Assembly (NCBI GenBank): GCA_965203965.1
Contig: CBDBDR010000017.1
Location: 608,001 to 672,000, forward strand
Direction: 5' to 3'
Source of the DNA: Thermodesulfobacteriota bacterium
GTDB lineage: Bacteria; Desulfobacterota_D; UBA1144; Nemesobacterales; JAJCZQ01
DNA: 64,000 bases
Positions 14,281-23,170 of this stretch are shown in pieces. The translations under genes and the position numbers were made by a program. The notes under the pieces are model-generated. The model did no database searches. It had not been told where the DNA came from and worked only from the letters and a program-made list of their open reading frames with translations. Numbering within the stretch: position 1 is the stretch's first letter; every line of letters begins with the position of its first letter.

Positions 14281-14583
14281 TTAGGCATTATAATCAACAA
14301 CTCTCCTTTCAGTTCTTACCTGTGATACAAACTCGGCAACTTTAACGTGATCTGGGTGCTTCTGATAAATTTCCAAATCCTCTTTTGTGTCAAAAGACGA
14401 GTAAAGAACAACGTCACAGGCAACTTCAGACTGATTGAAGTTTATCCCTACTTCAAGTTCTTTAATTTGGCTAATTTTCCCCGTGAGTTCCTCAAGCATA
14501 CTCTTGAGGTTTAATCCCAATTCATGTTTGTTAAGCCCATCATGGCTGTCTTTTATTTTCCACATAACAACGTGCTTTATCAT
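14281..14583 (-). CDS. Dabb family (stress-responsive alpha/beta barrel) protein
   Basis: MIKHVVMWK...YQKHPDH...VVDY pattern. Confidence 0.88.
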   Translation of the reverse strand: MIKHVVMWKIKDSHDGLNKHELGLNLKSMLEELTGKISQIKELEVGINFNQSEVACDVVLYSSFDTKEDLEIYQKHPDHVKVAEFVSQVRTERRVVDYNA

Positions 14584-14755
14584 TATAAGATCTCCTTAAA
14601 TTTATTTGAGGGACAAAAAATTTAATATCCACCTGAAATTACAGTATCAGGTAACGGTGGAATATAAAAGCCATAGAACAATGAATACACTATATGTATT
14701 GCCGAGATGAGATTTCCACAACGCCCATTTGCTTTCTTGATCCTAAATTGATATA

Positions 14756-15115
14756 TTGACATGTATGGGTTCAAGAATTTTTATAGTCTCATTACTATTA
14801 ATATTCACCTTGCACGTTATAGCGGGGATTGCCAGAGCGTGTTGTCAGGATGTAAGCAATACCGTTCAAGTTACACCAAATAGTGCTGATGAGCCCTGCC
14901 ATTCCAAGAGCGAAGAGCATAAGTCAAACTCCGATAACAGATCACAGGACCCAGATAATTGTTGTTGTGATATGGCACGGTGTCAAATGCAAATAATCGC
15001 TTTATCCTCTAGCATTTTAACTAGTCCCGCTTTATTTGGCTTGTTGCAACTTTCCTCAGCCGATAACCTTACCTCATACGTTCCGGGAACACCTGAACGA
15101 CCTCCAAAATGCTGA
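14756..15115 (+). CDS. Small exported Cys/His-rich putative metal-binding protein
   Basis: Signal-like N-terminus, ACC, PCH, NCCCD, C-terminal PERPPK; heads a metal-related gene cluster. Confidence 0.55.
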   Translation: MTCMGSRIFIVSLLLIFTLHVIAGIARACCQDVSNTVQVTPNSADEPCHSKSEEHKSNSDNRSQDPDNCCCDMARCQMQIIALSSSILTSPALFGLLQLSSADNLTSYVPGTPERPPKC

Positions 15116-15196
15116 TCTGATCCCTTCATTACACGGGAACTGTACCGTGGATCACAATATATATGTCTTTATATCACTAATAATTGGAGGTGTGAT

Positions 15197-15610
15197 ATGA
15201 CCAATATCATTATTTCATTAATAGCAATAATGCTTTTTACAGAAGTAGTTTCTTATGCAGCACATGATGAGACCCATAACGAACAAAAAGCAGTTGATAC
15301 CGTCAATATCAATGCACAAAAAGGCGAAGTAGTAATAATTGTGCATGGGATTGTTTGTTCATTTTGTTCTCAAGGTGTGGCAAAAAAACTATCCAAACTG
15401 CCTTTTATAGATAGTTCCAAATACACAAACGGCATCAAGGTTGAGATTGACAAACAGAAGGTAACAATCGCTGTCAAATCAGGATCAAACTTTGATATTG
15501 ACAAAGTATTCAAATCAATAAGATCAGGTGGTTATGAACCCGTAGTTGCTTACAAAAATCTGGGTAACGCAACTGTTACAATACATCCTGACGGAAGAGA
15601 AACAAAATGA
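15197..15610 (+). CDS. Exported heavy-metal-associated (HMA) domain protein
   Basis: Signal peptide, VHGIVCSFCSQGV CxxC motif, SGGYE end of domain. Confidence 0.8.
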   Translation: MTNIIISLIAIMLFTEVVSYAAHDETHNEQKAVDTVNINAQKGEVVIIVHGIVCSFCSQGVAKKLSKLPFIDSSKYTNGIKVEIDKQKVTIAVKSGSNFDIDKVFKSIRSGGYEPVVAYKNLGNATVTIHPDGRETK

Positions 15611-16479
15611 AAACTATTCTGTTCATTCTCCTCATATTGTTGTTGATCAATATATGTAATGCAAAAGCCGACCAGCCGGTGATGGATATGGCACCTCGCT
15701 GGGAAAATGGTTACGGAATTCAGATCAGGCAGGAGTTTTATGGCTCTGATAAATTGCTCAAGGGTAACAAGAAAATTAACAATCCTCTGGGGCTTGAGAG
15801 ATACGTCAGTAAAACTTGGCTTGAAGGCGTTTATACAATCAACCGCTCAATACGTACAACGCTTAAGTTGCCCTTCGTATATCAAAGACGGGTCAGGAAT
15901 GTAAACGGCGTCGGTATTGAACAGAAAAACAGTGGTTTAGGAGATTTGGTTCTGGGTATCCCACTGAAATATTACAGGAATAAAGGTGCTTATACGGACA
16001 ATTTCGGTATAACACCTTCGCTGAGGATACCCACGGGTGATAGTTCGGGAAATTTTCCGATCACAGACGGCAGTTGGGATGCAGGGTTAAGTATTTCCTA
16101 TAGTTTGGAAACACCAAAACTTTATTCGGTAGCTGAAATATTCTATTGGAAAAACAACTCAGGTAAAAATGACATGAGACTGGGAGATGAGTTTGGGGTT
16201 GAGATTGACCTTGGATACCACCCGTATCACAACAACGTAACAAACACCGGAATCTTCATTATGTGGGACTTCATATTAAGAAATAACGGTGCACCCAGTG
16301 CAGCGAACCTCACAACTTTTACTGGTGGAAAGTTAGTTCAAACGGGCCCGATACTTGTATTATACAAAAACAATATAATGTTCAGGGCAGAATATAAGCA
16401 CCCTGTCTATGAAAATGTAGATGGTGTTTCAAACTCAAGGGGGTCAGAGCTGAATATAGGTATTGGCTTTGCATTTTAG
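15607..16479 (+). CDS. Putative outer-membrane beta-barrel transporter
   Basis: Signal peptide, SGLGDL and PTG motifs, C-terminal aromatic GIGFAF. Confidence 0.65.
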   Translation: MKTILFILLILLLINICNAKADQPVMDMAPRWENGYGIQIRQEFYGSDKLLKGNKKINNPLGLERYVSKTWLEGVYTINRSIRTTLKLPFVYQRRVRNVNGVGIEQKNSGLGDLVLGIPLKYYRNKGAYTDNFGITPSLRIPTGDSSGNFPITDGSWDAGLSISYSLETPKLYSVAEIFYWKNNSGKNDMRLGDEFGVEIDLGYHPYHNNVTNTGIFIMWDFILRNNGAPSAANLTTFTGGKLVQTGPILVLYKNNIMFRAEYKHPVYENVDGVSNSRGSELNIGIGFAF

Positions 16480-16489
16480 GAAATATTAA

Positions 16490-16867
16490 ATGAACCAAAA
16501 AATCAAACCAAGAAAATGGGGATGGTTAGTATTGTTTACATCCACAAGCACACTTCTTTGCTGTGCCTTACCAACATTATTTGTAAGTTTGGGGATGGGC
16601 ATGGCCGTTGCCTCAATTGCAGCTAATGCCCCTTTGCTTATTAAGTTGAGTATGTATAAAAACTGGGTTTTTGCTTTTTCGGGATTGCTATTACTAGTAA
16701 GTGGGTGGCTTTTATACAGACGAGATAGATACTGCTCAACCGATCCTGAACTTTCAAGAATTTGTGAATACACAAACGTATGGAATCGGCGATTGTATTG
16801 GTGCTCCGTGATAATCTGGCTAATTGGTTTTTTCTTTGCTTTCCTTGCCGTGTATATCTTTTACTGA
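16490..16867 (+). CDS. MerT-like metal transport membrane protein
   Basis: TLLCCALP in first TM helix, Cys pair in loop (YC...IC), three TM segments. Confidence 0.75.
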   Translation: MNQKIKPRKWGWLVLFTSTSTLLCCALPTLFVSLGMGMAVASIAANAPLLIKLSMYKNWVFAFSGLLLLVSGWLLYRRDRYCSTDPELSRICEYTNVWNRRLYWCSVIIWLIGFFFAFLAVYIFY

Positions 16868-16956
16868 TTGAAAAAATAGGGATCATCAAAGGGAAAAACA
16901 ACTGCTATATTTAAATATTCCAATCTTGTTTCATAAGTAGATGATCAAGAGATTTT

Positions 16957-17958
16957 TCAGGGTATGTACAAACCCATCTTTTCAATTATCTCTTGCATAT
17001 TCTGCTTTGCTATTCTATGAGCTTTTCTTGTTCCCTCATAAAGGATCTCTTTAACCTGCTTGGGTTTTGATTCATATTCATTTCTTCTCTCAATATAAGG
17101 CTCAAGCATAATATTAATGGCTTTTGATAACTTTTTCTTAACCTCAACGTCTCCCACTTTTCCCGTTCTGTATCTTTCTTTTAAGTCCTCAACCTCATCC
17201 CTATCTTTATTGAAAGCATCATGGTAAATAAACACTGGGTTCCCTTCTACCTTTCCCGGTATATCTGCCCTTATACGGTTCGGGTCGGTGAACATGCTCA
17301 TCACTTTCTTTTGAACAGATTTTGGGTCATCCGAGATGTATATACAGTTTTCAAGACTCTTGCTCATTTTCCTGTTCCCGTCAGTTCCAATCAACCTTGA
17401 AGTTTCACTGATAACGGCTTCGGGCTCCTCAAAATACTCACCATATAAATGGTTAAACCTTCTTGCCAACTCTCTGGTCAATTCAATATGGCTCAGTTGA
17501 TCCTCGCCAATAGGCACTTTCGTAGCTTTGAACATCAATATATCCGCTGCCATTAATATCGGGTAGCCGAGGAGACCCACGGAATAGTTCTCTCCCACTC
17601 CCATATCCTGAATCTTTTCTTTCAGGGTCGGTATTCTTTGCGACCTCGCAACTGAGCACAGCGTTGAGAATATTGTTGAGAGTTGAGATATTTGGGCAAC
17701 CTGAGATTGAATATAGAACGTGGATATTTCAGGATCCATGCCAACGCTTAACCAGTCCAGCGTCATTTGAATTGTGTTATTTTCAACTTCACTGACCTTA
17801 TCGTAATGGGTTGTGAGCATGTGCAAATCCGCAACAAGAAAAAAACATTCATACTCGTTTTGATACTTCACCCTGTTTTGCAGTGATCCAACCAGATGCC
17901 CCAGATGAAGCCTTCCCGTTGGTCTGTCTCCCGTTACAAGTATTTTCTTATCGTTCAT
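16957..17958 (-). CDS. trpS: Tryptophan--tRNA ligase
   Basis: TGDRPTGRLHLGH, GEDQ, KMSKS. Confidence 0.97.
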   Translation of the reverse strand: MNDKKILVTGDRPTGRLHLGHLVGSLQNRVKYQNEYECFFLVADLHMLTTHYDKVSEVENNTIQMTLDWLSVGMDPEISTFYIQSQVAQISQLSTIFSTLCSVARSQRIPTLKEKIQDMGVGENYSVGLLGYPILMAADILMFKATKVPIGEDQLSHIELTRELARRFNHLYGEYFEEPEAVISETSRLIGTDGNRKMSKSLENCIYISDDPKSVQKKVMSMFTDPNRIRADIPGKVEGNPVFIYHDAFNKDRDEVEDLKERYRTGKVGDVEVKKKLSKAINIMLEPYIERRNEYESKPKQVKEILYEGTRKAHRIAKQNMQEIIEKMGLYIP

Positions 17959-17986
17959 ATTGGATCAATAAAAACTTTTTTATTAC

Positions 17987-18060
17987 CACGCCCGGAGGGA
18001 GTCGAACCCCCAACCTTGTGATCCGTAATCACACGCTCTATCCAGTTGAGCTACGGGCGC
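17987..18060 (-). tRNA. tRNA-Arg(ACG), CCA not encoded
   Basis: GCGCCCGTAGCTCAACTGGATAGAGCG-TGTGA-TTACGGA-TCACA-AGGTTGGGGGTTCGACTCCCTCCGGGCGTG cloverleaf. Confidence 0.97.
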
Positions 18061-18146
18061 AATTAAAAGTGGAAACTTTGTAATTATTACTATATCAATA
18101 TAATCTTCAAATTATCCTTAAATAGTTTTTAATCTTTTAACAAAAC

Positions 18147-18175
18147 TTGACAAAGTTAAAAAAATCAGTCATATT
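18147..18175 (+). promoter_or_regulatory. Sigma70-type promoter directly upstream of the octamer array
   Basis: TTGACA (18147-18152), 17-bp spacer, CATATT (18170-18175). Confidence 0.6.
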
Positions 18176-18177
18176 GT

Positions 18178-18517
18178 GAGCCAAAGAGCCAAAGAGCCAA
18201 AGAGCCAAAGAGCCAAAGAGCCAAAGAGCCAAAGAGCCAAAGAGCCAAAGAGCCAAAGAGCCAAAGAGCCAAAGAGCCAAAGAGCCAAAGAGCCAAAGAG
18301 CCAAAGAGCCAAAGAGCCAAAGAGCCAAAGAGCCAAAGAGCCAAAGAGCCAAAGAGCCAAAGAGCCAAAGAGCCAAAGAGCCAAAGAGCCAAAGAGCCAA
18401 AGAGCCAAAGAGCCAAAGAGCCAAAGAGCCAAAGAGCCAAAGAGCCAAAGAGCCAAAGAGCCAAAGAGCCAAAGAGCCAAAGAGCCAAAGAGCCAAAGAG
18501 CCAAAGAGCCAAAGAGC
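18178..18517. repeat. Perfect tandem repeat (GAGCCAAA)x42 plus GAGC
   Basis: 336 bp from 18178 to 18513 equals 42 octamers, followed by a half unit. Confidence 0.98.
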
Positions 18518-18545
18518 GGACGGAGTTCCCTTTTTGGCTCTTTTT
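18503..18545 (+). terminator. Intrinsic-terminator-like hairpin whose 5' arm is the repeat unit
   Basis: AAAGAGCCAAAGAG...CTTTTTGGCTCTTT stem ending in a T-run. Confidence 0.55.
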
Positions 18546-18580
18546 ATATAAAGGTTTATTTAAAAAATGGAGGAACTAAA

Positions 18581-18949
18581 ATGGAATTTGAAAGAATAGA
18601 TAATCCCACTGATGTAACTCACTCTAAAATAATAACTGCAAGTTTGAATGATAAAAAATTAAATAAGACAAACTGGAATAAATTAAGATCAAAATTGACC
18701 AAACTTGCGATACAGACTGGCTCTTCATTGGAAGAACTTAATGAAACAATTCCAGGTCTTAGTATTGTACAAGGAATAAAGAAACCATATGGTTGGCAAT
18801 ACAACACAAATGGCAATTTTTCTCTTAATGGTGTAAATGCAAAAACATGTTTAAAGAATATCAGAAAACTTGCGGAAATTTGCAACGCAAAAGTGTATAT
18901 AGAGTTTTCTTACAAAGAAGGGACAAACAAAGGGAAAATACAGATATAA
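18581..18949 (+). CDS. Hypothetical basic protein, 122 aa
   Basis: GGAGG SD at 18569-18573 before ATG 18581 (MEFERIDNPTDVTHSK...). Confidence 0.7.
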   Translation: MEFERIDNPTDVTHSKIITASLNDKKLNKTNWNKLRSKLTKLAIQTGSSLEELNETIPGLSIVQGIKKPYGWQYNTNGNFSLNGVNAKTCLKNIRKLAEICNAKVYIEFSYKEGTNKGKIQI

Positions 18950-18970
18950 CATTGAGATTGTTATGAAAAC

Positions 18971-19067
18971 CTAAACCTCATGAACCTTCTCAAAATAATA
19001 CTTTTTCCAATCATCAAGAATTTTGTACTGCACTTTCTGATTTCCTCCGAAACAGCACCGACATTTC
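18971..19067 (-). pseudogene. Downstream fragment of disrupted restriction endonuclease (MjaI-family-like)
   Basis: Reads NVGAVSEEIRKCSTK then, after a frameshift, LDDWKKYYFEKVH; continues the fragment at 23115-23170. Family assignment is from recalled sequence similarity. Confidence 0.6.
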
Positions 19068-19193
19068 ATTCCTGATGAAAAAAGAGAGGCTTTACGTGGT
19101 TGGTTTACGGCGATCAAGTTTTTTGACATGGAAAGAACCAAGATCTCATCTGGATCCGAGAGGTTGTTTATTATAGCAACAAAAAAGATTTGA
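19068..19193 (+). pseudogene. Copied 3' end of the SAM-dependent methyltransferase gene found at 63678-64000
   Basis: Encodes ALRGWFTAIKFFDMERTKISSGSERLFIIATKKI-stop, near-identical to the reverse complement of ~63678-63800. Confidence 0.9.
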
Positions 19194-19276
19194 AATTGAC
19201 TCATTCATAACTCTTTGTAATTGTTAAAGGAAAAGTTTACTCTGTTCAGCAGAAGAAAAAAATCATCAAAAGCAAG

Positions 19277-22048
19277 ATGACCACCATTAAGATCATTAAT
19301 TTTTTGCTGTTAATTCTCATTTTGTGCGGTTACGCAAAAGCTCAAGAACTGCCTACAGCAAAGTTGTCAAAGTTGCTTTTATCGGCGTCAGCAGAAGGTC
19401 AAACCGAAACTGTAATAGCTCTAATTGCCAAAGGAGCTGACGTCAATACTAAAACTAATAACGGCATTACGCCTCTACACACGGCTGCATTGGGAGGTCA
19501 CACTGCAACTGTAAAAGCCCTAATAGCCGCAGGGGTTGACATTGAAGCTAAAGATAATAACGGCATTACGCCTCTACACGCGGCTGCAGGGGAAGATCAC
19601 ACTGAAATTGTAAAAGCCCTAATAGCCGCAGGGGTTGACATTGAAGCTAAAGATAATAACGGCATTACGCCTCTACACGCGGCTGCATGGAAAGGTCACA
19701 CTGAAATTGTAAAAGCCTTAATAGCCGCAGGGGCCAACCTCAATACTAAAAGTAAAGACGTTGTTACGCCTCTACACGCGGCTGCATTGAGAGGTCACAC
19801 TGCAACTGTAAAAGCCCTAATAAACAAAGGGGTTGACATTGAAGCTAAAGATAATAACGGCATTACGCCTCTAAACTTTGCTGCATTGATAGGTCACACT
19901 GCAACTGTAAAAGCCCTAATAGCTGCTGGGGCTAACCTCAATACTAAAAGTAAAGACGTTGTTACGCCTCTACACGCGGCTGCAGGGAAAGGTCACACTG
20001 AAATTGTAAAAGCCCTAATAGCCGCAGGGGCTAACATTGAAGCTAAAGTTAATAACGGCAATACGCCTCTACACTTAGCTGCATTGGAAGGTCACACTGA
20101 AATTGTAAAAGCCCTAATAAACAAAGGGGCTAACATTGAAGCTAAAGATAATAACGGCAATACGCCTCTACAAGCGGCTGCAGGGGAAAGTCACACTGAA
20201 ATTGTAAAAGCCCTAATAAACAAAGGGGTTGACATTGAAGCTAAAGATAATAACGGCAATACGCCTCTACACCGGGCTGCATTCGAAGGTCGCACTGAAA
20301 TTGTAAAAGCCCTAATAGCCGCAGGGGTTAACATTGAAGCTAAAGATAATAACGGCAATACGCCTCTACACTGGGCTGCATTGGAAGGTCACACTGAAAT
20401 TGTAAAAGCCCTAATAAACAAAGGGGTTGACATTGAAGCTAAAAATAAAGACGGCGTTACGCCTCTACACATAGCTGCAGCTAAAGGTCACACTGAAATT
20501 GTAAAAGCCCTAATAAACAAAGGGGTTGACATTGAAGCTAAAGCTAATAACGGCAATACGCCTCTACACCGGGCTGCATTCGAAGGTCGCACTGAAATTG
20601 TAAAAGCCCTAATAGCCGCAGGGGTTAACATTGAAGCTAAAGATAATAACGGCAATACGCCTCTACACGCGGCTGCATTGGAAGGTCACACTGAAATTGT
20701 AAAAGCCCTAATAAACAAAGGGGTTGACATTGAAGCTAAAAATAAAGACGGCGTTACGCCTCTACACATAGCTGCAGCTAAAGGTCACACTGAAATTGTA
20801 AAAGCCCTAATAAACAAAGGGGTTGACATTGAAGCTAAAGCTAAAGACGGACTTACACCCCTACACTGGGTTGCATGGCACGGTCACACCGAAACTGTAA
20901 AAGCCTTGATTGCCGCCGGGGCTAATGTCAATACTAAAGATAAAGACGGCAATACACCTCTACGCTTGGCTGCAAAAAACGGTCACACTGCGACTGTAAA
21001 AGTCCTGAAAAACAGCAATATGTCTATACACATGGCTGCAGGGAAAGGTCGTACTGCAATTGTAAAAACTCTAATTGCCAAAGGGGCTGACGTCAATACT
21101 AAAGATAAAGACGGCAATACGCCTCTACACATGGCTGCAGGGAAAGGTCGTACTGCAACTGTAAAAACTCTAATTGCCAAAGGGGCTGACGTCAATACTA
21201 AAGATAAAGATGGCAATACCTCTCTACACTTGGCTGTAAGGAAAAGTCAAACCGAAACCGTAAAAATCCTGATCGCCAAAGGAGCTAACGTCAATACCAA
21301 AGATAAAGACGGCAATACGCCTTTACACTTGGCTGTAAGGAGAGGTCATACTGCAACTGTAAAAGCTCTAATTGCTAAAGGGGCTGACATTAATACTAAA
21401 GATAAATACGGTGATACATCTCTACACTTGGCTGTAAGGCGCGGTCGTGCTGTAACCGTAAAAGCCCTAATAGCCGTTGGGGCTAACGTCAATACTAAAG
21501 ATAAAGATGGCAATACCTCTCTACACTTGGCTGCACAGTACGGTCAAACCGGGGTCGTGAAAGCCTTAATAGCCGCCGGGGCTAACGTCAATATTAAAAA
21601 TAAAAACGGTCGTACGCCTCTACGCTTAGCTGCACATTACAGTCGTACTAAAACCGTAGAAGTCCTAAAAGAAGCCGATCTAAACTGGGCAGTACGGCGT
21701 GGTCATACTGCAACCATAAAAGCCCTAAGTCATGCTGGTGTTAAAGTCAATAATAAAGATAAAGATGGTAGTACACCCCTACATTTTGCTGCACAGTACG
21801 GTCGTACTGCAACCGCAAAAGCCCTAATTGCCGCCGGAGCCTATGTCAATACTAAAGATAAAAAAGGCAATACACCTCTACACTTGGCTGCACAGTACGG
21901 TCATACTGCAACCGTAAAAGTCCTGATCGCTGCCGGGGCTAAAGTCAATACTAAAAATAAAGACGGCAGTATGCCTCTAGACTTTGCTGCACATTACGGT
22001 CAAACTGAAATAGTAAAAATTCTGAAAGAAACTGGCGGAATACGATAA
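19277..22048 (+). CDS. Secreted ankyrin-repeat protein (copy A, roughly 26 repeats)
   Basis: Sec signal MTTIKIINFLLLILILCGYAKA, 33-aa TPLHxAAxxGH repeats with 99-bp DNA periodicity. Confidence 0.95.
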   Translation: MTTIKIINFLLLILILCGYAKAQELPTAKLSKLLLSASAEGQTETVIALIAKGADVNTKTNNGITPLHTAALGGHTATVKALIAAGVDIEAKDNNGITPLHAAAGEDHTEIVKALIAAGVDIEAKDNNGITPLHAAAWKGHTEIVKALIAAGANLNTKSKDVVTPLHAAALRGHTATVKALINKGVDIEAKDNNGITPLNFAALIGHTATVKALIAAGANLNTKSKDVVTPLHAAAGKGHTEIVKALIAAGANIEAKVNNGNTPLHLAALEGHTEIVKALINKGANIEAKDNNGNTPLQAAAGESHTEIVKALINKGVDIEAKDNNGNTPLHRAAFEGRTEIVKALIAAGVNIEAKDNNGNTPLHWAALEGHTEIVKALINKGVDIEAKNKDGVTPLHIAAAKGHTEIVKALINKGVDIEAKANNGNTPLHRAAFEGRTEIVKALIAAGVNIEAKDNNGNTPLHAAALEGHTEIVKALINKGVDIEAKNKDGVTPLHIAAAKGHTEIVKALINKGVDIEAKAKDGLTPLHWVAWHGHTETVKALIAAGANVNTKDKDGNTPLRLAAKNGHTATVKVLKNSNMSIHMAAGKGRTAIVKTLIAKGADVNTKDKDGNTPLHMAAGKGRTATVKTLIAKGADVNTKDKDGNTSLHLAVRKSQTETVKILIAKGANVNTKDKDGNTPLHLAVRRGHTATVKALIAKGADINTKDKYGDTSLHLAVRRGRAVTVKALIAVGANVNTKDKDGNTSLHLAAQYGQTGVVKALIAAGANVNIKNKNGRTPLRLAAHYSRTKTVEVLKEADLNWAVRRGHTATIKALSHAGVKVNNKDKDGSTPLHFAAQYGRTATAKALIAAGAYVNTKDKKGNTPLHLAAQYGHTATVKVLIAAGAKVNTKNKDGSMPLDFAAHYGQTEIVKILKETGGIR

Positions 22049-22340
22049 GCAGTTAATGCTTGAAACATCATAAAGATTAAACAGCAAAAACGCTCTTCTT
22101 AATCCTTAAACGGATCAAATTCATTTTTTCCAGCACTCATAATAACAACAAGTGGTTTTAATGTATGGAATATTCTAATAGAGTATTCTTACGTTCATTT
22201 AGAACATCTGAATCCGAGAGGTTGTTTATTATTGCAACAAAAAAGATTTGAAATTGACTCATTCATAACTCTTTGTAATTTTTAAAGGAAAAGTTTACCA
22301 TATTCAGCAAAAGGAAAAATCATCAAAAAGAAGGAGACTA
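22046..22340 (+). repeat. Inter-ankyrin spacer: conserved downstream flank plus conserved upstream flank
   Basis: Similar over its length to the reverse complement of ~61170-61460; first part also at 22985-23087 and 58822-58954, second part also at 19147-19276 and 63595-63725. Confidence 0.9.
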
Positions 22341-22342
22341 CA

Positions 22343-22987
22343 ATGAAAACTCAAAAACCATCTACTGATGTTCTTGCAGACCAAAACCCGGAAAAAGCAA
22401 AGTTGTCAAAGTTGCTTTTATCGGTGTCAAAAGAAGGTCAGACTGAAACCATAAAAACCCTAATAGCCAAAGGGGCTAATGTTAATACTGAAGATGAATA
22501 CGGCTTTACGCCCCTACATTTGGCTGCATCGAAGGATCATACTGCAACCGTAAAAGCCTTGATCACTGCTGGAGCTAACGTCAATGCTAATAAAAATAAT
22601 AAAGGTTATACGCCTCTACACTGGGCTGCACAGGAGGGTCACACCAAAACGGTAGAAGTCTTAATAGCCGCCGGGTCTAACATTGAAGCTAAAGATAAAT
22701 CCGGTCATACGCCTCTACACTGGGCTGCAGCGCAAGGTCAAACTGCAATGGTAGAAGACTTAATAGCCGCCGGGTCTAACATTGAAGCTAAAGCTAATGA
22801 CGGTTCTACACCTCTGCATTTGGCTGCAGATCACCGTCACACTACAACTGTAAAAGTCCTAATAGGAGACGCCAAAGCTGATGTCAATACTAAAGATAGA
22901 GACGGCAATACGCCTCTATACTGGGCTGAAACGAAAGGTTACACTGAAATCGTAAAAGTCCTGAAAGAAGCTGGGGGAGTACGATAA
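22343..22987 (+). CDS. Ankyrin-repeat protein (copy B, about 6 repeats)
   Basis: TPLHxAA repeats; AAGGAG SD; shares AKLSKLLLS N-cap with copy A. Confidence 0.93.
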   Translation: MKTQKPSTDVLADQNPEKAKLSKLLLSVSKEGQTETIKTLIAKGANVNTEDEYGFTPLHLAASKDHTATVKALITAGANVNANKNNKGYTPLHWAAQEGHTKTVEVLIAAGSNIEAKDKSGHTPLHWAAAQGQTAMVEDLIAAGSNIEAKANDGSTPLHLAADHRHTTTVKVLIGDAKADVNTKDRDGNTPLYWAETKGYTEIVKVLKEAGGVR

Positions 22988-23114
22988 GCAGTTAATGCTT
23001 GAAACATCATGAAGATTAAACAGCAAAAACGCTCTTCTTAATCCTTATATGGATAGAATTCATTTTCTCCAGCCATAACAACACCAATAAGCCCACGTTG
23101 AAACTACTAAACAG

Positions 23115-23170
23115 TTAAAATTCAACTGAAAACGATTCATTACACTGTTTAAAATCCATTCTTTAGCCAT
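23115..23170 (-). pseudogene. N-terminal fragment of restriction endonuclease (MjaI-family-like)
   Basis: ATG at 23170 overlaps the MTase 3' end and reads MAKEWILNSVMNRFQLNF before running into ankyrin-flank DNA. Confidence 0.65.

Noticed and set aside
18137..18512. ORFs reading (LALWLFGS)n and the (SQRAKEPK)n N-terminal extension of 18176-18949
   Set aside because: Artefacts of a stop-free octamer repeat; the GTG at 18176 abuts the -10 box, and a good SD supports ATG 18581.
18178..18517. Array as a CRISPR, or as a TRAP-binding site for nearby trpS
   Set aside because: No spacers and no cas genes; the GAG triplets are 5 nt apart rather than 2 and lie on the strand opposite to trpS.
19277..22048. 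Diversity-generating retroelement acting on ankyrin genes
   Set aside because: No reverse transcriptase or TR/VR pair in the window, and adenine-specific variation could not be shown by eye.
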